Source: Mycobacteriales bacterium (GTDB lineage: Bacteria > Actinomycetota > Actinomycetes > Mycobacteriales > QHCD01). Taken from it: DNA of 64,000 bases. The notes under the pieces are model-generated. The model worked only from the letters and a program-made list of their open reading frames with translations, did no database searches and was not told the DNA's origin. Of this stretch, positions 38,822-48,071 are shown in pieces. A program made the position numbers and the translations under genes. Numbering within the stretch: position 1 is the stretch's first letter; each line of letters begins with the position of its first letter. Location of the stretch: positions 13,570 to 77,569 of the forward strand of contig DASXJE010000077.1 of NCBI GenBank assembly GCA_036497565.1, read 5' to 3'.

Positions 38822-39790
38822 CTAGGCCACGCCCGCGACGGCCGTTTCGTCGGTGATCTGTGACGTAGTGGCGACCCTTTCGGTGAGCCGAACGGTGGTG
38901 CGGATGTAGTTGACATAGTCGCCGACCTCGCCGAGCGCGACCAGGTCCGGGTTGTCACGGAGCACGCCGTCCCAATCAGAGATGCCCTCGATCTTGTAGT
39001 CGTAGGACCTCGCGATGACCGAGATCGCCTTGAGGTTGGGCTGCCCCACGAGTACGGAGTCGCCATAGGTGTAGTCGTCGCGCGCTGCGGCGCGCTGCCG
39101 GTCATGGAAATCACGCTGCACTGCGACGGCGGCGTCGTCACCCATCATGATCGGCGATGCGGTGTCGATGATGACGTGGCGCGGGTTGGCCTTCCGGATC
39201 CCGTGCATGAGCTCGTTGTAACGCATCGTGTGGTAGAGGAAACCCAGGCACAGCACGACATCCACCTCGAAGTCCTGGGTGGCGAAGGTGCTGAAGATGT
39301 CACCGGCGATAAATTGTGCGCGATCGGGTCGGTAACCGTAGTGGGCGAGCGTCTCAACCGCGTTCTGGACCAGTTCCGGCCTGGCTTCGATACCGATCAC
39401 GGACTCGGCCCCGCTCGCGAGCGCAGCGAGCGACCAGCGGCCGTCGTGACTCGCAATGTCGAGTACGCGCGCACCTTCGAACAGCTCGCGGTTCTCGGCG
39501 AAGATGGCCTCGTACCGAAGGTTCAGTCTGCCGCGCGTCGCGGTGGTCTGGCTCGTCTCGTAAAAGCGCGGATAGTCGTCGAAGAACAGCGAGGCCTTGC
39601 GTGAACCGGCCGGCGACGAAGTGATCCACTTGCCCGGCGGCGCGGCGACCTTGACCTCCGGTGGCGGGGGCGGCGGAGGCGGAGGCGGAGGCGGAGGCGG
39701 GGGCTCCCGGCGAGGTGGCCGCTTGGCGGGCGGGTCCAGACGCCGCGCGACGCGCCGCAGCAGCCGCGCTGACCGTTTCTTGATCTTCAT
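38822..39790 (-). CDS. class I SAM-dependent methyltransferase with a basic, poly-proline N-terminus
   Basis: 322 aa with motif I VLDIASHDGRW. The N-terminus is MKIKKRSARLLRR...RRE followed by 15 Pro. Confidence 0.8.
   Translation of the reverse strand: MKIKKRSARLLRRVARRLDPPAKRPPRREPPPPPPPPPPPPPPPEVKVAAPPGKWITSSPAGSRKASLFFDDYPRFYETSQTTATRGRLNLRYEAIFAENRELFEGARVLDIASHDGRWSLAALASGAESVIGIEARPELVQNAVETLAHYGYRPDRAQFIAGDIFSTFATQDFEVDVVLCLGFLYHTMRYNELMHGIRKANPRHVIIDTASPIMMGDDAAVAVQRDFHDRQRAAARDDYTYGDSVLVGQPNLKAISVIARSYDYKIEGISDWDGVLRDNPDLVALGEVGDYVNYIRTTVRLTERVATTSQITDETAVAGVA
39659..39703 (-). repeat. 45-nt run of 15 consecutive proline codons (plus-strand NGG triplets, core (aggcgg)x4)
   Basis: Read directly from the sequence: cgg tgg cgg ggg cgg cgg agg cgg agg cgg agg cgg agg cgg ggg on the plus strand. 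This corresponds to residues 30-44 of the methyltransferase. Confidence 0.95.
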
Positions 39791-40276
39791 CTCGACACCG
39801 TAGACGGTTGGTCGGGATTGTGTCGATGCTCCCCTGTCACGACGGGGCGGCGCTGACCGACTTTGCGGTTGCCCCGTGTCGGCATTTCTGGCCTTGTGAC
39901 GAGGCTGAGTTTCGGACGATTCTGTTCATCTTCGATTGCTGCCCTGCCCACGTAGAAGCTATTCACGTTGACTGCGATCGTGAACGCTCCGCGGGCGCCC
40001 GCCTCGTCGTCTGCAGGGCGTGCGACGACGGCGTGGCCGGTGTTGGTGATCGCGGTCTGCGCTGGCGGGCCTTTGATGGGTGACACGTTCACCGGTCGAG
40101 GCCGGAGGCGAACGCTTCGTAGACGATCTCGTAATCGGTATGCGCGCTGCGTGCTGCGGCCTCTGAACAGAGAACCTGTCCTGGGGAGATACGTCGCCAC
40201 CATCGGTCGCCAGCTACATCCACTCCTTGGGATTGAAGTTCGGCATCTGCACCAGCCACAGCGCCGCCCGAAGGGA

Positions 40277-40801
40277 TCACTGGCGCGAATACAAACCGTC
40301 GCGAAGTGTCACTCCGGCCCCGGCCAGGACTCGACGGACGAAGTCCCGCTTGCCAGCCGCGTCATAGGGTCGACCACCGCTGGCGACGAGCAGCCGCTGC
40401 TTGAGCTCCGCATACTCCTGAGCCAACCGGGGATCGGCGCGAACGGCGTCGCGGAAAGTCAGACGCTCAATCCACAGATCGCTCTCGGGCATAGTCAGGT
40501 GCAGATGGTGGGTGTCGGCGCCTCGGGTTCCCTTGACGAACAAGGCGGCGTCGATGCGATGCGGCGCTGATCGGTAGCCCAACTCGGCCAGCCGCATGCC
40601 GGCCTCAGGCGCACATGCCAACGACAACGCCCCCGCCATCATGTCCAGGATCGGCTTGGCAGGCATCCTCGGGATCGACGTCGAGCCGATGTGGTGAATC
40701 CCAGCGACCAGCCACGGCCGAAGCACGGCTTCCAGCGCCTCACGCTCGCTTTCGAACCGTGCACGCCATTCGGGATCAGGAGGAACGACGACTTCTGACA
40801 C
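40277..40801 (-). CDS. GrpB-family (UPF0157) protein
   Basis: 174 aa with IHHIGSTSIPRMPAKPILDMM and FRD.VRADPRLAQEYAELK, typical of GrpB. Confidence 0.85.
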   Translation of the reverse strand: MSEVVVPPDPEWRARFESEREALEAVLRPWLVAGIHHIGSTSIPRMPAKPILDMMAGALSLACAPEAGMRLAELGYRSAPHRIDAALFVKGTRGADTHHLHLTMPESDLWIERLTFRDAVRADPRLAQEYAELKQRLLVASGGRPYDAAGKRDFVRRVLAGAGVTLRDGLYSRQ

Positions 40802-41019
40802 GAAGACAGTGTCCAGCTAACCCGACCCAACGGGCGATCGAGCGACCGATCGCATCCACCAGGATTTCGGCTACCGGACGCGGAGCGGCTTGATTCCACC
40901 GGTCCGAGCGGTAGAAGTGGTCGGCGGAGGCGTCATCGGCGTGACTGTTTCGGGGGAGGCAGACGCCGATTTCCGCGCACGACTGACGGCCACGATGGGT
41001 CCGACGCGGTGGAAGTTGG

Positions 41020-41330
41020 TTGAGACGGACGAGTAGCGACCGCTTGTTGCGCACCATCGGCGGCAGATGCATGTACGCGAAGCGGCACGCGCGGCGGATG
41101 TGGTCGGTGCCAGCCGGGTGTGACGCCAAGTGGGACGGCTACCGGGCAGTGGTGGCGGGGGGTCGGATCTGGTCGCGCCGTCGATCTCGCCGGTACTTTC
41201 CTGACCCGCGACGGTCCTGGGTGGCCTGCGCCCAGCGACTTGGTCCCCGCCGGCGAGCTGGTCACCATTGAGACCGCCACCGGCCAGTGAGACTTGACTC
41301 GCGATTGCAGCGCTTTTCGTGGGCGGCGGA
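41020..41330 (+). pseudogene. ATP-dependent DNA ligase (LigC/LigD-type) remnant
   Basis: The 83-aa ORF contains adenylation motif I KWDGYR (41128-41145), followed by AVVAGGRIWSRRRSRRYFPD. This is comparable to ligase ...KWDGYR.L......V.L.SR.G.D.T..FP. The rest of the gene is missing or frameshifted. Confidence 0.5.
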
Positions 41331-41486
41331 TCTGCGCTGCCGACCCCTGCGCGAGCGATGCATCGAACTCGGGTACATCGTCCTAGGCGTGTCGATCGTG
41401 ACCCACATGCGCCTTTCGGCGTGTTAGCGTCGCCGGGACGATCTCGACACGCGTCGCAGTGGCCGGCGCCGGGCGATCGGAGTGCG

Positions 41487-43052
41487 ATGCGCACACAGAT
41501 CCCGTCCCTCGGCAGTGGTGCGGTGCAGACACCACGCCGCGTGTCTCGCGCCGGTCGGACCCTGCGCAGGTCGCTTGTCGCTTTGCTCGTCTGCGGCGTG
41601 GCCGCGCTCGCGCTGATCAGCGTGGACGGCGGGGCGGCTGCCACGGGCACCACCGCGTCCTCGACGCACGCTGCTGCGTCACCGCGCCGGCCCAATATCG
41701 TGCTGGTGCTGACCGACGACCTGTCGTCGAACCTGGTTCGGTACATGCCGCACCTGAAGTCGTTGATGAACCGCGGCATGACGTTCACGAACTACACCGT
41801 CACAGATTCGCTGTGCTGCCCGTCTCGGGCGTCGATCTTCACCGGGGAGTTCCCGCACAACACGGGGGTCCTGTCGAACACCGCGCCCAGCGGCGGGTAT
41901 GCGGCCTTCCAGGCCAATTCTGACCAGGCCCACACGTTCGCGGTGAGCCTGCGGCGGGCCGGCTACCGTACCGGTTTCTTCGGCAAGTACCTCAACGGAT
42001 ACGCCCCGCTCGCGGAGCCGGCCAACCCGCCCGGCTGGAGCCAATGGGGAGCGGTAGACGGCCACGGATATCGCGAGTACGGCTACAACCTGTCGCTCAA
42101 CGGCAAGATCGTGCATCACGGCTTTTCGCCCGGCGACTATCTGACGACGGTGCTGGACCGGATGGGCCGACATTTCATCCGGACCTCGGCCGCCGCGGCC
42201 ACCCCGTTCGCGCTCGAGATTGCAACGTTCACTCCCCACAGCCCCTACGTTCCGGCGCCGACTGATGTCGGCAGGTTCGCCTCGCTCAGGGTCCCGCGGA
42301 CGCCCGCGTTCAACAGGCACCCGGCCAACGCGCCCCGCTGGCTGGCCGCGCGGCCGCAGCTGACCGCGAAGCAGATCGCGGCCGGCGATCGGGCCTTCCG
42401 CAAGCGCGTGGAGTGCGTTCAGTCGGTGGACCGAATGATCGGTGACCTGGAGACGACGCTGGGCAGCACCGGTCAGCTCGCCAATACCGTGTTCCTGTTC
42501 AGCTCGGACAATGGATTCCATATCAGCGACTTCGGCCTCACCGGCGGTAAGCTCACCGCCTTCGACACCGATGTGAAGGTGCCGCTGGTGGCCGCCGGAC
42601 CGGGTATCGCCGCGGGTATGGTCGATGCTCGGCCGGTCGAGAACATCGACTTGGCCCCAACGTTCGACGAGTTGGCCGGGGCGCCGATTCCCACACAGAT
42701 CGACGGCCACAGCTTGGTGGAGCTCTTGCACGGACAGAACGTCCCGTGGCGCACCCTGGCCGAGATCGAGCACGTCACGATCAAGACGAAGCCGGGGGAT
42801 CCGGATCGCCAGCCGGGCACCGCCGGTCGTCTACCGACCTACCGAGCGGTGCGGTCGGCGACCTACACCTATGTCGAGTACCGCCGTGGCGGACGGGAGT
42901 ACTACGACAGGACGAGCGACCCGTACGAGATCGACAACATCTACAACAGGCTTTCGCATCGGACGATCAACACTCTGCACACTGAGGTGGCCGCGTTGAA
43001 CCGGTGCAGCGGCTACACACAATGCTGGAGCGCCGCCGCGCCGTCCGGCTGA
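41487..43052 (+). CDS. Cys-type (formylglycine) sulfatase, secreted
   Basis: I chose the ATG at 41487, which gives an Arg-rich signal peptide. Sulfatase signatures are PNIVLVLTDD and SLCCPSRASIFTG (C-x-P-x-R). Confidence 0.9.
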   Translation: MRTQIPSLGSGAVQTPRRVSRAGRTLRRSLVALLVCGVAALALISVDGGAAATGTTASSTHAAASPRRPNIVLVLTDDLSSNLVRYMPHLKSLMNRGMTFTNYTVTDSLCCPSRASIFTGEFPHNTGVLSNTAPSGGYAAFQANSDQAHTFAVSLRRAGYRTGFFGKYLNGYAPLAEPANPPGWSQWGAVDGHGYREYGYNLSLNGKIVHHGFSPGDYLTTVLDRMGRHFIRTSAAAATPFALEIATFTPHSPYVPAPTDVGRFASLRVPRTPAFNRHPANAPRWLAARPQLTAKQIAAGDRAFRKRVECVQSVDRMIGDLETTLGSTGQLANTVFLFSSDNGFHISDFGLTGGKLTAFDTDVKVPLVAAGPGIAAGMVDARPVENIDLAPTFDELAGAPIPTQIDGHSLVELLHGQNVPWRTLAEIEHVTIKTKPGDPDRQPGTAGRLPTYRAVRSATYTYVEYRRGGREYYDRTSDPYEIDNIYNRLSHRTINTLHTEVAALNRCSGYTQCWSAAAPSG

Positions 43053-43717
43053 CCATGGCACCGTGTCCTCCCGGCCAGATGGCGCGGGTCAGTTGGATCT
43101 CGACCATCAGAACCATCGGGCTCTGGCTCGACATCGCGTGGGCGAAGGACGCTTTCGATGTTTAGCGCGAACCGGAAATCCTCGCTATGGGCCAGCTCAG
43201 CGACGACCTGCAGGAGATTGACGGACTCTTCGACCTACCTCAACGCGCATGGCATGAGCACCACCTGACCGGCTCGCTTCGCCCTGGAATGGGCTTCTAC
43301 GCGCTCACAGCCGCCGTTTGCCAGGGCCGCTGCGCGGCTGCTACTTGTTGAGCGGTCCTGTTCGCCTGGCTGCTGATCTCGACGGTCCGCTATGCGGCCA
43401 TCTGCGCCGCCGGCTCGCGACGCTTGAGCCGCCCCCACCATCGCCGGCATCGCCGGCAAAACCCGCGTATAGCGCGCGCTCAAGGCACCGCGGCCCGGCA
43501 CCTCGCCCCGCCCGAAATCGCCGCCCCCCTACGCGGTTTGGCCTGAACTGGCCAACGTACCGACGTAACGGAGATCGGCCGATCCGCGCACTCACGGCGG
43601 CATGTGCGTGCGTTTTGGCTTCGGCTCGAACGCCGAAAGGGAAGTCGCGTAAACCGATCCGCTAACGGCCACGCGATCCTTGGGTGGCCCGAGGCCGCGC
43701 CGCTCCGTGGTCGGTCT

Positions 43718-44281
43718 TCAGCGCCTGGTCTGGTACCTGGTCAGGAGCACGCCGTCGGGAAACGTCTGGGTCTCCACAAGGTTCAGGATCACCCAGTTGT
43801 CCAGGGCCGTGAAGAACGGCGTGCCGCCGCCGACCAGGACCGGGTGGGTGACGATCGCGTACTCGTCGATCAGCCCGGCCCGCATCGCCGCCCCGGCGAG
43901 CGCTGCGCCACCGACCCTCATCGGCCCACCGTCCTCGGCCTTCAGCCGAGTGATCTCCGCTACCGCGTCGCCGGTGACCAGACGAGCGTTCCCGTCGACC
44001 TTGTCGACCGTCGCGGAGAACACCACCTTCGGCGTGTCCCGCCAGTTCCGCGCGAACTCGATGTGCGCCGGGGTGGCGCCCGGCTGCTGATCGCCGGTCG
44101 GCCAGTAGGCGCTCATGGTCTCCCACAGCTTGCGGCCATACAGAAACAGGCTGATCGTCCGCTCCTCGTCGAGCAACCACGCGAACAGCTCGTCACTCGG
44201 CCCGCTCCAGGCGAGGTCGTCGTCGGGCGCGGCGATGTAGCCGTCCAGAGACGGGTTCATCCCGTAGTGCAGTCTCCGCAC
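43718..44281 (-). CDS. dihydrofolate-reductase-family (RibD C-terminal domain) protein
   Basis: 187 aa with a GTG start. The pattern MNPSLDGYIA...LYGRKLWE...GGAALA...LIDEY...HPVLVGGG matches the RibD_C family. Confidence 0.85.
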   Translation of the reverse strand: MRRLHYGMNPSLDGYIAAPDDDLAWSGPSDELFAWLLDEERTISLFLYGRKLWETMSAYWPTGDQQPGATPAHIEFARNWRDTPKVVFSATVDKVDGNARLVTGDAVAEITRLKAEDGGPMRVGGAALAGAAMRAGLIDEYAIVTHPVLVGGGTPFFTALDNWVILNLVETQTFPDGVLLTRYQTRR

Positions 44282-44437
44282 GGCGCCGGCCTTCCGTCGG
44301 TCGGTCTCGGAAGTCCCAGTCTCGGATCACCTCGCGGTCGGTGGCAACGTCCCGCATCGCGTACCGCTCCTGGCGGTCGAGGACCGCCGTGTACGTGGAT
44401 GGCCGACACCGGGGCCCCGAGGTCTCCATGCATGAAG

Positions 44438-44479
44438 AAGGCCCGCTGACCTGGTGTTTCTCCATGATCAGCGGGCCTT
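44438..44479 (-). terminator. hairpin immediately downstream of tRNA-Pro (candidate intrinsic terminator)
   Basis: A perfect 12-bp inverted repeat, aaggcccgctga (44438-44449) / tcagcgggcctt (44468-44479), with an 18-nt loop. It begins 6 nt after the tRNA 3' end and is followed on the transcript by UCUUCAU, so there is no strong U-tract. Confidence 0.4.
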
Positions 44480-44485
44480 GCTTGC

Positions 44486-44562
<77 letters not shown>

Positions 44563-44595
44563 AACCGCTGCTCAACCGCTGCAGCGGGCCGAAGA

Positions 44596-45162
44596 CTACC
44601 CCACGCCGCCGTCCGGCCCGATCGCCGGGTCGCGACCGGCGAGCATCAGCAAGCGGTTCAGACCGGTCGCCTCCTGGGCCCCTGCCAGAGGTGCTCCGAA
44701 GGGCCCGCCCTGCATCCCGGAGAACTGCTCGACGAAGGGCAGGCAGGCCTGGACGTCGTCCAGGGCCGCCGCGAACGGCACCTGGATCGCCGTCGCGAGG
44801 TCCCAGCCGTGGAGCACCAACTCGTCGAGCGCGACGACCCCCAGCGCGGCGCGGGGCATCGCCACACCGCCGGCCTCGTCCTGGCCCTCCCACGCGCCGG
44901 GCGTCCGCCACGCGACCGTGAGGTCCTCGAGGGCGTCGGCCAGCATCGTGCGCCAGCCCTCCGGGAGCCCCGAGGCCGGCGGCTCTCCGGTCAGTTCCTC
45001 CTGGCGCCCGATGGCCGCGAAGTGAGCCGTGAACCCGACGATGTGCTCGAGGAGGTCACGGACCGGCCAGGCCTCGCACGGGGTCGGCAGGTCGAGGTGC
45101 TCGTCGGTCACCAGGGCGACGACGCGGGCCGTCGCCGCCGATGCCGGGAAGAAATCGTGCAT
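44596..45162 (-). CDS. DinB/MDMPI-like metal-binding protein (TIGR03086-like)
   Basis: I chose the ATG at 45162 ([10 protein letters not shown]...). The N-terminal [17 protein letters not shown] and C-terminal [11 protein letters not shown] are typical of mycothiol-maleylpyruvate-isomerase-N-domain proteins. Confidence 0.7.
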   Translation of the reverse strand: MHDFFPASAATARVVALVTDEHLDLPTPCEAWPVRDLLEHIVGFTAHFAAIGRQEELTGEPPASGLPEGWRTMLADALEDLTVAWRTPGAWEGQDEAGGVAMPRAALGVVALDELVLHGWDLATAIQVPFAAALDDVQACLPFVEQFSGMQGGPFGAPLAGAQEATGLNRLLMLAGRDPAIGPDGGVG

Positions 45163-45280
45163 CCGGTCCTCCTGTGGTGCGGGACACAACTCCGCAGCAG
45201 TCTCCCCGTTCGCCGCCGGGAGCACCGCACGGCCGTCCGGCGCCTGCTACTTCACACGGCCGTCACCACCGCTACCACGG

Positions 45281-47953
45281 ATGGTGGACACTCGGCGGCT
45301 GTCGGGAGGGATCGAGGGAGGAGTGGGAGTCGTGGCGGAGGCGTGGCCGTTCGCGGGACGCGACGACGACCTCGCGGCCGCGGTGAAGGCCCTCGACGAG
45401 CACGGCACGGTCGTCCTCGGCGGGCCCGCCGGGGTGGGCAAGAGCAGGCTGGCCCGCGAGGTCGCGGTCCGCCACGACCAGGGGAAGCTGCTCGGCGTCG
45501 TCCGGGCGACGGCCTCCGCGCAGGAGATCCCGCTCGGGGCCCTCCTGGACGTCCTGCCCGGGCTCGATCAGGTGGAGGCGTCCTCCGACCTGTCCCGGGT
45601 CCGCGACGCGGTGGCCGCCCTCACGGCCGGCAACGCCGATCGGCTCCTCGTCGTCGACGACGCACACCTGCTCGACGCCGTCTCGGCCACCGTCGTCCAC
45701 CAGATCGCCACGGCCCGGCGGGCCCGGGTGGTGCTCACCGTCCGCACCGGCGCGTCGGCACCGGACGCGGTGACCGCCCTGTGGAAGGACGAGACGGCTC
45801 TCCGGCTGGAGATCGCTCCCTTCGACGAGCACCAGACCCACGCGGTCCTCGCGACGGCACTGGGCACCAGCCTCGAGGCCGGGACGGCACGGCGCCTCCA
45901 CGACACGGCGGGCGGCAACGTGCTCTGGCTGCGTCACCTGGTCGACGGCGAGCGCGCGGCGGGTCGGCTGCGCCTGGAGCACGGCGGCTGGGTCTGGCAG
46001 GGCACCGTCGCTCTCTCCCCGGCCCTCGACGACCTCGTCGCGATGCGGATCGGCCGACTCACCGACGACGAACGACGCGTACTGGAACTGCTCTCGATCT
46101 CCGAGCCGCTCGGTCTCGGGATGATCGACCAGCTGGCCGGTGCGGCCGCGGTCGAGGAGGTCTCGCAGCGAGGGCTGGTGAGCATCGAGGCGGACGGTGA
46201 CCGTTGGGACGCCCGCCTCGGACACCCGCTCTACGGCGAGGCGATGCGAGCCCGGACGAGTGTGCCCCGCGCGCGACGGCTGCGCAGCGAGCTCTCGGCC
46301 GCGCTGGCGAAGACGGGGGGCCGACGGGTCGGGGACGGGCTCCGGCGCGCGGTCCTGGACCTCGGCAGCGACCGACCGGTCGATCCCGACGAGCTCGTGG
46401 CCGCGTCGATGCAGGCCTCCGGGCTGCGGGACTTCGGCCTGGCGGAGCGGTTGCTGCGCGCCGCGATCGCCGCGGGCGGCGGGTTCCACGCCCGTCTCGG
46501 CCTGGCCCATCTCCTGGACTACGGGATGCGCGCCGAGGAGGCTGACGCCGTGCTGGCCGAGGCCGCCGCGGAGACCGCCACGGCCGAGGAACGGGAACAG
46601 GCGGTGGTCCTCCGGGGCCTCGCCTGGCACTTCCAGGCCGATCCGCCGCGTTCCGGGGAGGAACTGCTCGCCGCGGAGGAGGCGGAGCACCACGGCGGAC
46701 GGCGCAATCCGGCCTTCGACGCGCTCCGATCGATGATCGCGGGGGTCTCGGGGCGGGCGCGCGAGTCGATGGAGCTCGCCCAGGCCGTCATCGCCGACGA
46801 CACCCGACCCGCGCAATCGGTGGCGCTGGCCGCCTTCGTCGTCGGGCATGTGCAGTCCTTGACGGGGGAAGGCGAGGACCTCGCCCGGACGATCGAGTAC
46901 GGGATCGAGACCGCCTCACGCAGTGCGGACACCGCCGCCGTGGCCTGCAACGTCGGGTACATGGAGATTCTCGCGGCCGACCTCAGGGGGAGCCGCGAGG
47001 ACGCCCGGCACCGAATCGACTGGGTACGGGGGCTGACCGGGCCGCAGGCGCCACCGTTCGTCGCGCTCTACGAGGGACGCATGGCGCTCAGTGCCGGGCG
47101 GCCCCGCACCGCGATCGACGCCCTCGAGTCCGCCTTGCCTGCCTTCCCTGGCCACGGCGGCGGGTGGGGCGGCTGGTCGGCGGCGATGATCGGCCAGGCC
47201 TACGGCATGCTCGGGGACGCGGTCGCGTCCCGGAACTGGGTCGACGAGGCCCAGAGGCGTCGCCACCCGCACATCCCGATCATCGATTTCGAGATCGACC
47301 TCGCCCGGGCCTGGGCCGCCGCCGCGTCGGGCAGCATCCGCGAGGGGATCGAACGGTGTCGCGCCGGAGCGGAACGGTGCCGGCGGTACGGCACGTACGC
47401 CGCCGAGGTACAGATGCGCCAGACGAGCGTGCGCCTCGGTGACCGGGAGCAGGTCGGCAGGCTCGCGGAGCTCGACCGGATCCTCCACTCGCCACGCTCC
47501 CGCCTCGCCGCGGCCCACGCGGCCGCCCTCTCCGCCTCCGACGCGGCACACCTGCTCGACGTGTCCGCGCGGCTCCGCGACGCGGGCATGGGGCTGGAGG
47601 CCGCCGACGCCGCCGGGCAGGCGGCGAGCACCGCCCGCGCCGGACAGCGCCTCGTCGTCGCGGCCCAGGCCGAGGAGCGCGCCCAGACCCTGGCCGCCGC
47701 CTGCGAGGGCGCCCGGACGCCGGCCGTCCAGGACGCCCGGGCCACCGTCGCGCTCAGCGCCCGCGAGCGGGAGGTCGCGGTGCTCGCCGGCGAGGGGCTC
47801 ACCAACCGCCAGATCGCCGAACGCCTCCACGTCTCGGTCCGCACCGTCGAATCACACGTCTACCGCGCCTGCTCGCGACTCGGCCTCACCGACCGGACCG
47901 AGCTGGTCGCGATCGCGGGGACGGGGCGACGGTCGCCCGGCGCCGGACCGTAG
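45281..47953 (+). CDS. large ATP-binding LuxR-family regulator (LAL type)
   Basis: I chose the ATG at 45281. Walker A is GGPAGVGKSRLA and Walker B is LLVVDDAHLLD. A long helical region follows, then a C-terminal LuxR HTH (LSAREREVAVLAGEGLTNRQIAERLHVSVRTVESHVYRACSRLG). Confidence 0.9.
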   Translation: MVDTRRLSGGIEGGVGVVAEAWPFAGRDDDLAAAVKALDEHGTVVLGGPAGVGKSRLAREVAVRHDQGKLLGVVRATASAQEIPLGALLDVLPGLDQVEASSDLSRVRDAVAALTAGNADRLLVVDDAHLLDAVSATVVHQIATARRARVVLTVRTGASAPDAVTALWKDETALRLEIAPFDEHQTHAVLATALGTSLEAGTARRLHDTAGGNVLWLRHLVDGERAAGRLRLEHGGWVWQGTVALSPALDDLVAMRIGRLTDDERRVLELLSISEPLGLGMIDQLAGAAAVEEVSQRGLVSIEADGDRWDARLGHPLYGEAMRARTSVPRARRLRSELSAALAKTGGRRVGDGLRRAVLDLGSDRPVDPDELVAASMQASGLRDFGLAERLLRAAIAAGGGFHARLGLAHLLDYGMRAEEADAVLAEAAAETATAEEREQAVVLRGLAWHFQADPPRSGEELLAAEEAEHHGGRRNPAFDALRSMIAGVSGRARESMELAQAVIADDTRPAQSVALAAFVVGHVQSLTGEGEDLARTIEYGIETASRSADTAAVACNVGYMEILAADLRGSREDARHRIDWVRGLTGPQAPPFVALYEGRMALSAGRPRTAIDALESALPAFPGHGGGWGGWSAAMIGQAYGMLGDAVASRNWVDEAQRRRHPHIPIIDFEIDLARAWAAAASGSIREGIERCRAGAERCRRYGTYAAEVQMRQTSVRLGDREQVGRLAELDRILHSPRSRLAAAHAAALSASDAAHLLDVSARLRDAGMGLEAADAAGQAASTARAGQRLVVAAQAEERAQTLAAACEGARTPAVQDARATVALSAREREVAVLAGEGLTNRQIAERLHVSVRTVESHVYRACSRLGLTDRTELVAIAGTGRRSPGAGP

Positions 47954-48071
47954 GAGCTCCGGAACCCGGCCATCGACGTCACGCCCACGTCACCACGGAG
48001 ATCGCCGGTGGCGGACACTCCACCTGCGGGGCCGGACGCGGCACGCGCCCGCATGGACTGGGTCCGCAGCC

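Noticed and set aside
39597-39803. Plus-strand ORF encoding 15 consecutive glycines
   Set aside because: It is simply the antisense reading of the poly-proline tract of the minus-strand methyltransferase.
44282-44485. Integrase or att-site remnant directly flanking the tRNA-Pro 3' end
   Set aside because: Six-frame reading gives no recombinase motifs (no R..HxxR..Y pattern). Only the hairpin at 44438-44479 is evident. I noticed no second copy of the tRNA 3' segment anywhere in the window.
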